Assembly: GCA_965140785.1 (NCBI GenBank)
Contig: OZ223513.1
Span: 1-43,154 of the forward strand
Direction: 5' to 3'
Length of the DNA stretch: 43,154 nucleotides
Source: an uncultured Ruficoccus sp.
GTDB taxonomy: Bacteria; Verrucomicrobiota; Verrucomicrobiia; Opitutales; Cerasicoccaceae
The notes under the pieces were generated by a model, which did not search any database, had not been told where the DNA came from, and worked only from the letters and a program-made list of their open reading frames with translations. Positions 9,999 to 19,405 of the stretch are shown in pieces. The position numbers and the translations under genes were made by a program. How positions within the stretch are numbered: the stretch's first letter is position 1; each line of letters begins with the position of its first letter.

Positions 9999-11360
9999 AT
10001 GACCATGAAGTCAGCTGTTGTCATCGGAGCCGGGATCACCGGTCTCGCCGCCGCCACCACCCTGAAAAAAGCCGGGTACGAGGTCCGCCTGCTGGAGAAA
10101 CACGACCGCACCGGCGGCTGCATCCACACCGTCAAGCAGGACGGCTACCTCGTGGAGACGGGCCCGAACACGATGATGGTCAACAACCTTCAGTCCGCCA
10201 TGCTCATGGGTGAGATCGGCCTGACGGACGAGCTGCTGCTGCCGTCGGACCAGGCGAAGAACCGCTACATCTTCAAGGAGGGCGAGATGGTCACCGTCCC
10301 GGGTGGGCCGATGAAGTTCATGAAGAGCGCCCTGCTCTCCGGCGGCGGCAAGCTGCGCCTGCTCAAGGAACCCTTTGTCAGAAAGCCGCACAACATGGCC
10401 GAGGAGTCGCTGGCCAACTTCATCCTGCGCCGACTGGGGCAGGAGGTGCTCGACTTCGTGGCCGAGCCGCTGGTCTCGGGGATTTTCGCCGGGGACCCCA
10501 AGCGTCTCTCGGCTCGGCACGCCTTTCCGCAGGTGGCGGAGCTGGAGGACCAGCACGGCTCGCTGCTCAAGGGCGCGCTCAAGTCCGGCGCCAAGGGCAA
10601 GCCCCCGGGCTCGTTCAAGGCCGTCATGGCGACCTTCCGCGACGGCATGCAGTCCCTCACGGACAAGCTGACCGAGCAGGTCGGCGATTCGCTCGTGCTC
10701 AATGCCAAGGTGACTGAAATCTCCCACAAAGGCCGCTGGCAGGTCAGCTGGGAGGTCAACGGCGAGACCCAGAGTACGGAGGCGAATGTGCTTATCGTGG
10801 CCGTGCCGGCCTATGCCGTGCGCGACCTGCCGCTGCCCCGCGATGTCAACGACACCCTTTACGACCTGCACGAAATCCCCTACCCTCCGCTGGCCTCGAT
10901 CTCAATCGGCTACCGCCGCGACCAGATCAGCCACTCTCTGGAGGGCTTCGGCGTGCTCGTGCCCGGCGTGGAGGAGCGCAAGGTGCTCGGCGTGCTTTTC
11001 CCCTCCTCCGTCTATCCGGGGCGCGCGCCCGAGGGACACGTCCTGCTGACGGCCTTCGTCGGCGGCATGCGCCAGCCCGGCCTGGCCACCCTGAGCGAGG
11101 AGGAGCACCTCGATCTGGTCAAATCCGAGCTTTCAACCATCCTGGGGGTCACGGGCGAGCCGACCTTCACCCACCGCACGCTCTGGCGCAAGGCCATCCC
11201 GCAGTACAATGTCGGGCACGGAGACTTTCTGGCCATGATCGAAAAGGCCGAGAACGACCACCCCGGTCTGCACCTGTGCGGCAACTACCGCAGCGGCATC
11301 TCCGTCGGCCAGTGCCTGGCCAACGGCATCAACCTGGCCAAGAAAATTGTGACCGCCTAG
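9999..11360 (+). CDS. hemG: Protoporphyrinogen oxidase (HemY-type flavoprotein)
   Basis: VIGAGITGLAAA FAD motif, ETGPN, GIFAGDP, GFGVLVP, AIPQYNVGH, GNYRSGISVGQC. Start moved to 9999. Confidence 0.95.
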   Translation: MTMKSAVVIGAGITGLAAATTLKKAGYEVRLLEKHDRTGGCIHTVKQDGYLVETGPNTMMVNNLQSAMLMGEIGLTDELLLPSDQAKNRYIFKEGEMVTVPGGPMKFMKSALLSGGGKLRLLKEPFVRKPHNMAEESLANFILRRLGQEVLDFVAEPLVSGIFAGDPKRLSARHAFPQVAELEDQHGSLLKGALKSGAKGKPPGSFKAVMATFRDGMQSLTDKLTEQVGDSLVLNAKVTEISHKGRWQVSWEVNGETQSTEANVLIVAVPAYAVRDLPLPRDVNDTLYDLHEIPYPPLASISIGYRRDQISHSLEGFGVLVPGVEERKVLGVLFPSSVYPGRAPEGHVLLTAFVGGMRQPGLATLSEEEHLDLVKSELSTILGVTGEPTFTHRTLWRKAIPQYNVGHGDFLAMIEKAENDHPGLHLCGNYRSGISVGQCLANGINLAKKIVTA

Positions 11361-11484
11361 TGTCGCGAGTGGTAAGTTTTCGGCATAATTGGGTAGTCCA
11401 GTTTTGATGCTTTGGTTCTGCGATTGGCGAGGGCTGCGTAAGCCCGCAATCGATAGGCCGCGAACTTCAAACTCGGGACACGAG
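11357..11484. mobile_element. 128-bp MITE-like element overlapping the hemG stop codon
   Basis: Imperfect terminal IR CTAGTGTCGCGAGTGGTAAGTT / CTCGTGTCCCGAGTTTGAAGTT (17/22); internal hairpin at 11421-11452 containing GGGCTGCGTAAGCCC. Confidence 0.55.
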
Positions 11485-11604
11485 GCTGAGGCGATCGCTG
11501 GCGCAGGTGGTGATGGTGCCGGACAGTTTGGGTAATATCGCTCCCCGGAGTCACCCTGCCTTGACCGGAGACCCGGACGCGCTCATGATGGAGGTTTACT
11601 CCGT

Positions 11605-12930
11605 ATGAAGACTGTTAGCCGACTGACTCCACTTTACCTGTTATTGCTGGCCCTGAGCACGCTCAGCGCCTACGCCGGAGAGCTGCTGCTCCTGGGTAAA
11701 AACGACCAGGCCTCGCCCTTTTACGAGCCCGGCCAGGAGATGACTTTCGAGGTCCGTCTCGTGCAGGACGGCCAGCCCGTTACCGGCAAGCGCCTCACCT
11801 GGGAGCGCACTGGCGACGACGGGCTTGTCCAAAAAGGCGAGGCCGTCTCCGCCGAGGAGCCGCTTGTCATCACAACCTCGACCGAAGAGCCGGGCTTTGT
11901 CCGCATCCTCGTCACCGCGCTCGACGACAATGACAAACCGTTCATGCATTATAACGAGAAGCGCAAGCGGGACGAAAAGGTGCAGTTCGACGGCGGAGCC
12001 GGTGTGCAACCGCAGAAGTTGAAAAGCATCCCCGAACCGGCGGATTTCGACGCCTGGTGGGCGAAACAGAAAGCCCACTTGGCCCAGACGCCGATGGAGG
12101 TGATCGAGCAGATCGAGATGCCCCAGACCCATTCCAATGTCGACACCTGGGATGTAAAAGTCACCTGTCCCGGCAACCCGCTCGCCGGCGAATCTTCTCC
12201 CCGCCCCATGTCCGGTTACCTCAGTAAAACCCACGGGGCCGCCCCCGGCAGCGCGGCGGCGATCGTCCATTTCCACGGTTACGGCGTCCGCTCTTCCATC
12301 CGGCGCGACTACGAGGTCGCCAGAGATCCCAACAAGCCTGTCATCGTCCTCGACATCAACGCCCACGGCATCGAAAACGGCCAATCCGCCGCCTTTTACC
12401 AAGACTTCAAAGACAACCAGCTCAAGGGCTATGCGTTTGACAATGAGGAAAACCAGCAGGCCGAGAGCGCCTACTTCTACGGCATGGCCATGCGGGCGCT
12501 CCGGGCGCTCCAGTTTATCAAATCCCAGCCGGAGTGGGACGGCAAGACCCTGACCGTGATCGGCGGCAGCCAGGGCGGCTTTCAGGCGCTGCTCGCCGCC
12601 GGACTCGACCCGGACATCACCCGCTGCAACGCCGGCAAGCCCTGGGTCTGCGATCTGGGCGGGACCACGGTGGACCGCCTTCGGGGCTGGCGCCCAGACT
12701 ACACCCCCGCCCTCGCCTACTACGACCCGGCCAACCACGCCAAACGCATCCACGCCGATACCACGCTCACGATCGGCCTGGGCGACTACACGTGCCCGCC
12801 CTCCAGCGTAACGGTCGTTTACAACAACATCCCGGACCAGACGCCCAAGTCTATTACCTACATCCAGGGGGCCACCCACAGCTACACTCCGCCGGACCCG
12901 CAGAAGTTCACCGTCAGCAATGAGCATTAA
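11605..12930 (+). CDS. Secreted acetylxylan esterase family protein (AXE1/CE7-like)
   Basis: Signal peptide, PADFDAWW, VHFHGYG, nucleophile elbow GGSQGG, YYDPANHA, GLGDYTCPP, catalytic His in GATH. Confidence 0.88.
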   Translation: MKTVSRLTPLYLLLLALSTLSAYAGELLLLGKNDQASPFYEPGQEMTFEVRLVQDGQPVTGKRLTWERTGDDGLVQKGEAVSAEEPLVITTSTEEPGFVRILVTALDDNDKPFMHYNEKRKRDEKVQFDGGAGVQPQKLKSIPEPADFDAWWAKQKAHLAQTPMEVIEQIEMPQTHSNVDTWDVKVTCPGNPLAGESSPRPMSGYLSKTHGAAPGSAAAIVHFHGYGVRSSIRRDYEVARDPNKPVIVLDINAHGIENGQSAAFYQDFKDNQLKGYAFDNEENQQAESAYFYGMAMRALRALQFIKSQPEWDGKTLTVIGGSQGGFQALLAAGLDPDITRCNAGKPWVCDLGGTTVDRLRGWRPDYTPALAYYDPANHAKRIHADTTLTIGLGDYTCPPSSVTVVYNNIPDQTPKSITYIQGATHSYTPPDPQKFTVSNEH

Positions 12931-12977
12931 TCCGCTCGATTGACCACCGGTCCTGAGCGGTCGGGCCCATATTTAGA

Positions 12978-13013
12978 AAAAGCCGCCCGCGGGCATTGCC
13001 ACGGGCGGCTTTT
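12978..13013 (+). terminator. Rho-independent terminator after the esterase gene
   Basis: AAAAGCCGCCCG-N12-CGGGCGGCTTTT. Confidence 0.75.
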
Positions 13014-13029
13014 GCGTTTGTAGTTGGGC

Positions 13030-14061
13030 ATGGTCAAACCAGCCGTCCTGTTGCTCAACCTCGGTTCCCCGGATTCCACGGCGGTGGCCGATGTGCGCCG
13101 CTACCTCAAGGAGTTCCTGCTCGATGAACGCGTCATCGACGCGCCCGCGCCGATCCGTAACTTCGTCGTGCGCGGCCTGATCCTGCCCTTCCGTCCGAAG
13201 CGCTCGGCCGCGGCCTATTCGAAAGTCTGGACGCCCGAGGGCTCGCCGCTGATCGTCTCCAGCCAGCAGCAGCAGCAGGCCGTAGCCGAAAACCATGAGA
13301 GCGTCCGGGTCGAGCTGGCCATGCGCTACGGCACTCCCTCCATCCCCGAGACGATCACCCGACTCAAGGCCGCGGGCGTGACGCACCTGTTTATCGTGCC
13401 GCTGTATCCGCACTACGCCATGAGCAGCTACGAAACCGTGCTCGTGCGCGTGACCGAGGAGATCGCCGCGCAGGACTTTTCCGTCAAAACCGAAACGCTC
13501 CAACCCTTTTACCGGGACGAGGACTACATCGACGCCCTCATTGCGAGCGCACAGCCTTATCTGGAAGACCCCTACGACCTCCTACTTTTTTCCTATCACG
13601 GCATCCCCGAGCGCCACGTGCGCAAGTCCGACCCCTCGCACGCGCACTGCCTGTGCGTGCCGGAGTGCTGCCAGACCCCGCACCCGGCGCACGCCACCTG
13701 CTACCGGCACCAGTGCTTCGAGACGACCCGCGCCTTCGCGGAGCGGGCCGGCCTACCGGCGGAAAAGGTCGCGGTCTCCTTTCAGTCGCGGCTGGGGCGC
13801 GACCCTTGGCTGAAGCCCTACACGGATTTTCGCCTGCAGGAGCTGCCTCAAGAGGGCGTCAAACGCCTGCGGGTCATCTGCCCGGCCTTTGTCTCGGACT
13901 GCCTGGAGACGCTGGAGGAAATCGCCATGGAGGGCAAGGAGACCTTTCTCGAAGCCGGGGGCGAGGACTTCGTGCAAATCCCCTGCATGAACAATCACCC
14001 CGCCTGGCTCAGCGTGCTCAACACCCGGGTGGACCGCTGGCTCGGCAGCCTGGAAGGCTGA
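13030..14061 (+). CDS. hemH: Ferrochelatase with Cys-rich insertion
   Basis: LLLNLGSP, LAMRYGTP, PLYPHYA, LFSYHGIP, FQSRLG..PWL.P, DCLETLEEI. Confidence 0.96.
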   Translation: MVKPAVLLLNLGSPDSTAVADVRRYLKEFLLDERVIDAPAPIRNFVVRGLILPFRPKRSAAAYSKVWTPEGSPLIVSSQQQQQAVAENHESVRVELAMRYGTPSIPETITRLKAAGVTHLFIVPLYPHYAMSSYETVLVRVTEEIAAQDFSVKTETLQPFYRDEDYIDALIASAQPYLEDPYDLLLFSYHGIPERHVRKSDPSHAHCLCVPECCQTPHPAHATCYRHQCFETTRAFAERAGLPAEKVAVSFQSRLGRDPWLKPYTDFRLQELPQEGVKRLRVICPAFVSDCLETLEEIAMEGKETFLEAGGEDFVQIPCMNNHPAWLSVLNTRVDRWLGSLEG

Positions 14062-14233
14062 TGGGTAAATGCGTAGATTCATAAGTTCGTAAATGTCTGG
14101 CGGCATAGCCCCTCCGCTTGGATCGCCGTGGGTGCCGTAGAGAAGTGGACCCGATAAGAAAAGCCGCTCATCCTGCACACGGGGGCTAATCCAGTTGATT
14201 TTCACCGTCGGAGCGGTATAGATTACCCATTTC

Positions 14234-15097
14234 ATGACACCCGGCTTGCATACCGACCACTCGCTTTTCTGGATCGGCACCGTCCTGTACGTGCTGTCGT
14301 TTCTGTTCGCGCTGGTCTCGATCAGTTCGGAGCAGCGGCTCATCCGCTCGGTCTTCATGACGCTGCTGGTGGGCGGATTCATCTTCCAGAGCATGGGGTT
14401 GTATTTCCGCGGGATCGAGGAGCATGCCTTTCCTCTGACCAATCCCTTTGAAATCCTGCAAGTGCTCGCGTGGAGCGGCGTCTGTCTGAATCTGATCCTA
14501 CGCCCGCTGTTCCGGCTCAACCTGCTGAACTTCTTCAGCGCGGGCCTGGCGACGCTGCTGGGGGCCGCCTCCCTGGCCAACCCGGACTGGGACTACACCG
14601 CCATCCCCACTCACATCGGCACGAACCCGTGGGTCGGCTTTCACGCGGTGCTGGCGGTGTTCAGCTACGGGGTTTTCGGCGTACTGGCCATCACCTCGCT
14701 CATGTACCTGATCCAGAACTACGGGCTCAACCAGCACAAGGCCGGGGGGATTTTTTCGCTCCTGCCCGCCATTCGCCAACTCGAAGACATCAACAGCAAG
14801 CTGATCGTGCTCGGCGTCAGCGTGCTGACCGTGGCGGTCGCCATCGGCTGCCTCAACTGGATCGCCCTGCCCGGCACCATCGGCGTGCTCAAGCTCATTG
14901 TCGCCATCGCCGTGTGGGCCGCCTACCTGACGCTGCTCTTTCTCCGTAACACCAACCGACTGATCGCCTCGCCCTTCGCCCGGGCCTGTGTGATTCTGTT
15001 CGCAGTCGCCCTGCTCTCGCTGTGGCCGCTGATGCGCCGCACCGCCCCCGACGCCCCGCCGACGGGCACGGACTTTTACGACGATGCAAGCCGCTGA
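14234..15097 (+). CDS. CcsA/HemX-like cytochrome c assembly family membrane protein
   Basis: About 8 TM helices, FPLTNPFE, WVGFHAVLAVFSYG, LLPAIRQLE; directly upstream of and overlapping hemA. Confidence 0.8.
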   Translation: MTPGLHTDHSLFWIGTVLYVLSFLFALVSISSEQRLIRSVFMTLLVGGFIFQSMGLYFRGIEEHAFPLTNPFEILQVLAWSGVCLNLILRPLFRLNLLNFFSAGLATLLGAASLANPDWDYTAIPTHIGTNPWVGFHAVLAVFSYGVFGVLAITSLMYLIQNYGLNQHKAGGIFSLLPAIRQLEDINSKLIVLGVSVLTVAVAIGCLNWIALPGTIGVLKLIVAIAVWAAYLTLLFLRNTNRLIASPFARACVILFAVALLSLWPLMRRTAPDAPPTGTDFYDDASR

Positions 15098-16121
15098 GTC
15101 CCCCCAGCTTTTCCTGCTCGGCAGTTCGCACCGGACCGCTCCGCTCGAGGTCCGGGAGTCGTTCGCGCTCAATACCGATTCGGCCGAGCGCCTCTACTCG
15201 CAGCTTAAGGAAAGCGCCGGGCTGAGCGAGTGCCTCATCCTCAATACCTGTAACCGCGTCGAAATCTACGGCGTGGCTACTGGCCCCGAAAGCCGCACCC
15301 ACCTGGAGGAATCCCTGCGCCGCTCCCACGGCTTTGATACGGCGGCCTTTATCCAGCACGGCTTCTGGCTGACGGGCGAGGAAGTCGTCCGGCATGCCTT
15401 CGAAGTCGCCGCCGGGCTCGACTCGCAGATGGTCGGCGAGACGGAGATCCTCGGCCAGATCAAAAGCTCCTACGCCGGAGCCGCCGCCACCGCCGCCACC
15501 GGCCCGGTGCTCAATCGCCTTTTCCAAAAGTGCTTCCAGGCCGCCAAGTGGGCCCGCACCCACACCGGCATCGGTCGCGGCCAGGTCAGCATCGGCAATA
15601 TCGCCGCCGAGCTGGCCCAGCGCGTCTGCGGCGAGCTGCAGGACGTCTCTGTCCTGCTCGTGGGCACCGGCGAGGTGGCAGAAAAAACCGTCCAGGCCCT
15701 CGTCAGCCGGGGCGCCTCCCGTGTCTCCGTGGCCGGACGCAACCTGATCAAAGCCCGCCAGCTCGCGGACGCCTTCGAGGGCTCTTGCGTCGGCCTCGTC
15801 GATGTGCCGCGTGTATTGACTTACCATGACATCGTGATCTGCTCCACGGCCTCGGAGGAGCCCCTGCTGCGCAAAAGCGAAGTCTCCCCCGCCTTGAAAA
15901 AACGCCCTACCCGCCCGCTGTTTGCCATCGACCTGGCCCTGCCGCGCGATATCGAGTCCGCCGTCGGCAAGCTCAGTAACGTTTACCTCTACAACCTCGA
16001 CGACCTCGCCGCCATCGCCAACGAAAACCTCAAGGCCCGCGAGGCCGAAGTCGAGAAAGCCCGCCACGCCCTGCTCGAACGCGCCCGCCACCTCTGGACC
16101 CACCTGGCCGGCCGGGCGTGA
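15084..16121 (+). CDS. hemA: Glutamyl-tRNA reductase (short form)
   Basis: SHRTAPLEVRE, LNTCNRVEIY, GLDSQMVGETEILGQ, VGTGE NADPH motif, IDLALPRDIE. Confidence 0.96.
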   Translation: MQAAESPQLFLLGSSHRTAPLEVRESFALNTDSAERLYSQLKESAGLSECLILNTCNRVEIYGVATGPESRTHLEESLRRSHGFDTAAFIQHGFWLTGEEVVRHAFEVAAGLDSQMVGETEILGQIKSSYAGAAATAATGPVLNRLFQKCFQAAKWARTHTGIGRGQVSIGNIAAELAQRVCGELQDVSVLLVGTGEVAEKTVQALVSRGASRVSVAGRNLIKARQLADAFEGSCVGLVDVPRVLTYHDIVICSTASEEPLLRKSEVSPALKKRPTRPLFAIDLALPRDIESAVGKLSNVYLYNLDDLAAIANENLKAREAEVEKARHALLERARHLWTHLAGRA

Positions 16122-16130
16122 GTTTCTTTT

Positions 16131-16449
16131 TCTGGGCTTACGCAGCCCAGACCCGCGGTGCGTGCCCGCACAGGACATTGAGGGGAACAAGTTCCCCTAC
16201 GCGGCCAGAAAGGCCGCTACCCCTGATTGCTGGTCCAGCCGGACCCTGCACTTTCGATGCTGCGCATCGTGTCTGCGATTGCTGAAAATGGAGATCCATT
16301 TTCAGCAATCGCAGCGCAAAAGTATCAAAACTGGGTCAGGACCATTTGTCCTAACAATCTCATCGCACGAGGCCTGATGTTTGCTTAGTCGACCCCTCGC
16401 CTGGAGAGACCTCCATGTCGGTCCAGGGTCTGGGCTGCGTAAGCCCAGA
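16131..16449. repeat. REPIN-like nested inverted repeat between convergent genes
   Basis: TCTGGGCTTACGCAGCCCAGACCC (16131-16154) is the exact reverse complement of 16426-16449; central perfect 20-bp stem at 16273-16314. Confidence 0.85.
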
Positions 16450-16462
16450 GAAAACAGACCGA

Positions 16463-18979
16463 CTAAATAAACAGGTTGGTGCCGGTGTCGCCGGAGGCGC
16501 CAAGGAATTCGGCCACGCCGCCCAGTTCAACGCCGTCGATGAGTTCTTCGGCGCGGATGCCCATCGCGTCCATGGACATGGTGCAGGCGACCAGACGCAC
16601 GCCGTTTTTCTTCGCATCCTCCATGAGCCCTCGCAGGTTGGGCAGGTTCTTGGACTTCATACGGTCCTTCATCATGCGTGTGCCCATCCCGGCCATGTGC
16701 ATCTGCGAGAGCGGAAGCTTTTCCGCGCCGCGCGGGAGCATCCAGCCGAACATTTTGTCCATGAAGCTCTTGCCCTCGACGGCAGGCGCGGGGTCCTTGC
16801 GCAGGACGTTGAGACCCCAGAAGGTAAAGAAGATGGTAGCCTTGCCGCCCATGGCGACCGCGCCGTTGGCGATGATAAAGGTGGCCATGGCCTTGTCGAG
16901 ATCACCGGAAAAGCAGACCAGCGTGGCACCGTTGCGCGGGCCGGAAGCGCTGCCGCCGTTGCGGGCAGGCGTGCCGGAGGGCCGCCACCCGGCCGGGAGC
17001 ACATCGCTCGAAAGGCGCAGGCGACCGACGACGACGCCCTTTTCTTTGCCCACGCTCAGGCACTCGTAGCCATTGGCGCGGCAGAAGGCGGGCAGGTCGT
17101 TCTTGAAACCGGCGTCGGAGGCGGTGACTTCGAGCACCTGACCGGGCTTGAGCGCGGTGGCCGCGTCCTTGACGCGCAGGATCGGTCCCGGACAGGCCAG
17201 CCCGGTGGCGTCGAGCTTCACGACCTCACCAGAGGGCTCCGAGCCGGGAACGTCCCCCGCTCCGAAGCTCTCGGGGGCAGTCGGATCGGAGTCTTTTGCG
17301 CCTTTGTCCGTCTGCTGCATGGCGGGTTCGACCTTGGAACCGCCGACATGGGCGAACACATCGAAGCCACGCTGGGCGAGCACGCGGGCGGCGAAGTAAC
17401 TGGTCTTGCCAAGGGCACAGATCGTCACCACGGGCTTGCTTTTGTCGAGCTCGCCGAGGCGGTCACGCAACTGCGGAAAGGGAATGTTGAGCGCGCCGGG
17501 GATGGGCTTGAGCGCGGCCATTTCAGACGGGCGCACGTCCACGAGCTGGGCCTTGTCGGGTGTATCGGAAAGTGAATACACCGGCTTTACGAAGCCGCGG
17601 CGGATATTATTGGCGGAGAAACCGGCTATATTGACCGGGTCCTTGGCTGAGCCAAAAGGCGGCGCGTACGCCAACTCCAGGTGCTCCAGGTCTTCCACGG
17701 TGAGCCGTCCCTTGATGGCGGTGGCGAGCACGTCGAGGCGCTTGTCCACGCCGTTCGGGCCGAAGACCTGCCCTCCGAGAATACGCCCGTCGGCCTCATC
17801 CCAGAGAACTTTGAGTGTGAGATGCGTCGCCCCCGGGTAATACCCGGCATGGTCGAAGTCGCTCACGATGGTTTTGCCGTAGGCGACCTTGGCCTGCTGC
17901 AGGCGCTTTTCGGTAAAACCCGTCACGCCGGCGGCCACATCGAAGACGCGCACAATGGAGGTGCCGATGGAGCCGGGATAGGGCCGGGCTGTTTCCCCGA
18001 GAAAAATGTGGTCGGCGGCGGTGCGGCCCTGCCGGTTGGCGGGGCCGCCGAGAGCGATGGCGACGGGACCGCCGAGGATCGGATCAGTCGTTTCGGAGGC
18101 ATCACCGATGGCGTAAATGTCCGGATCGGAGGTCTGCATGTATGGGTTGGCGACGATGTGGCCGCGCGCGCCCAGGTCCAGCCCGGCCTCCTTGGCCAGG
18201 GCGTTCTCGGGGCGCACCCCAATGGAAAGGATGACCATATCGGTTTCCAGTTTCTGGCCGGACTTGAGCTTGGCCCGGAGGCCATCGGACATTTTTTCAA
18301 AGCCATCGATACCGTCACCGAGAACGAGTTCGACCCCGTTCTCGCGGAGCTCCTCCTGCACGGCCTGCACCATGTCCTTGTCCATCTGTGGCAAAACCTG
18401 ATCCACCAGTTCGACCAGCGCGACCTCCTTGCCCAAGTGGACAAGTTGTTCGGCCATTTCCAGGCCGATAAAGCCCGCACCGATGATAGCCACGTGACGA
18501 GCGTCGGTGGCGGCCTCCTTGATCCGGTCCATGTCCTGAAGGTTGCGCAGCGTGTAGATGCCGGGCAGGTCGATGCCGGGCAGCGGGGGCGTCAGCGGCG
18601 AGGCTCCCGGGGAGAGGATGAGCTTGTCGTAGGCGAGATCCTGCTCTTCGCCGGTCTCGAGGCTGCGCACACGTACGGTGTGGGCCTCGCGGTCGATGGT
18701 GAGCCCCTCGGTGCGGTTACGCACGTCGAGCCGGAGCATGCTCTTGAGCGAGTCGGGGGTTTGCACCGCGAGCTTGCTGCGGTCCTGAATCTCGCCGCCG
18801 ATGTGGTACGGCAGTCCACAGTTGGCGAAGGAGACGTCCGGGCCACGTTCGAGCAGAATGATCTCCGCGTCCTCACTGAGGCGACGGGCGCGGGCGGCGG
18901 CGGAAGCACCACCGGCGACCCCGCCGATGATGACGAGGCGCAGTTTATTCGTAGAGGAGGGTTGGGCAGTTGTAGTCAT
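16463..18979 (-). CDS. CoA-disulfide/persulfide reductase fused to rhodanese, TusA and DsrE-like domains
   Basis: IIGGVAGGASAAARARR, SFANCGLP, ELAYAPPF; rhodanese VVTICALGKTSY; TusA LDATGLACPGP; DsrE_2 FSGDLDKAMA...FFTFWG...ACTMSMD. Confidence 0.93.
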   Translation of the reverse strand: MTTTAQPSSTNKLRLVIIGGVAGGASAAARARRLSEDAEIILLERGPDVSFANCGLPYHIGGEIQDRSKLAVQTPDSLKSMLRLDVRNRTEGLTIDREAHTVRVRSLETGEEQDLAYDKLILSPGASPLTPPLPGIDLPGIYTLRNLQDMDRIKEAATDARHVAIIGAGFIGLEMAEQLVHLGKEVALVELVDQVLPQMDKDMVQAVQEELRENGVELVLGDGIDGFEKMSDGLRAKLKSGQKLETDMVILSIGVRPENALAKEAGLDLGARGHIVANPYMQTSDPDIYAIGDASETTDPILGGPVAIALGGPANRQGRTAADHIFLGETARPYPGSIGTSIVRVFDVAAGVTGFTEKRLQQAKVAYGKTIVSDFDHAGYYPGATHLTLKVLWDEADGRILGGQVFGPNGVDKRLDVLATAIKGRLTVEDLEHLELAYAPPFGSAKDPVNIAGFSANNIRRGFVKPVYSLSDTPDKAQLVDVRPSEMAALKPIPGALNIPFPQLRDRLGELDKSKPVVTICALGKTSYFAARVLAQRGFDVFAHVGGSKVEPAMQQTDKGAKDSDPTAPESFGAGDVPGSEPSGEVVKLDATGLACPGPILRVKDAATALKPGQVLEVTASDAGFKNDLPAFCRANGYECLSVGKEKGVVVGRLRLSSDVLPAGWRPSGTPARNGGSASGPRNGATLVCFSGDLDKAMATFIIANGAVAMGGKATIFFTFWGLNVLRKDPAPAVEGKSFMDKMFGWMLPRGAEKLPLSQMHMAGMGTRMMKDRMKSKNLPNLRGLMEDAKKNGVRLVACTMSMDAMGIRAEELIDGVELGGVAEFLGASGDTGTNLFI

Positions 18980-19043
18980 GGCTGTTTTTTATAAAGTGGT
19001 TTTGTTCTTGGTGCTTGGTTCTTTGTTTTTTTTAGCGCCCTGC

Positions 19044-19373
19044 TTATATTTCGGCGCTGGCGGCGGGAGCGGTGCCGAGCGTACACTGGAAGCTGTGGCA
19101 GAAGGCTTTAATGTTGTCGCAGTTCAGCGAATAGCAGACGCGGGGGCCACAGCTTTTGGCGATCAGGAGTCCGGCCTCGCGGAGAGCCCGCAGGTGCTGC
19201 GAAACAGTGGCCTGCGCCAACGGCAGCGCCTCCACGATCTGGCCACAAGAGGCTTCCCTCTGCTGCTGGAGAAAGGTGACGATGGCTATACGCGCCGGAT
19301 GCGCCAGCGAACGGGCAAAGTCGGCCAGGGCGACCTGCTCGGGGGTGAATTCGTCGTGATTGGGAAAAGGCAT
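19044..19373 (-). CDS. ArsR/SmtB family transcriptional regulator
   Basis: LAHPARIAI, SCGQIVEALPLAQATVSQHLRALREAGL, GPRVCYSLN. Confidence 0.93.
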   Translation of the reverse strand: MPFPNHDEFTPEQVALADFARSLAHPARIAIVTFLQQQREASCGQIVEALPLAQATVSQHLRALREAGLLIAKSCGPRVCYSLNCDNIKAFCHSFQCTLGTAPAASAEI

Positions 19374-19387
19374 GGGCTCGTATCGTA

Positions 19388-19405
19388 TATCGTAGATTTA
19401 CGATA
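19388..19405. promoter_or_regulatory. Probable ArsR-family operator (7-4-7 inverted repeat)
   Basis: TATCGTA-GATT-TACGATA about 15 bp upstream of the ArsR start; TTGACT -35-like hexamer on the minus strand at 19421-19416. Confidence 0.7.

Noticed and set aside
11641..18994. Long antisense ORFs 11641-12927, 14895-16190, 16415-17575 and 17681-18994
   Set aside because: Opposite well-supported genes and lack recognisable domains.
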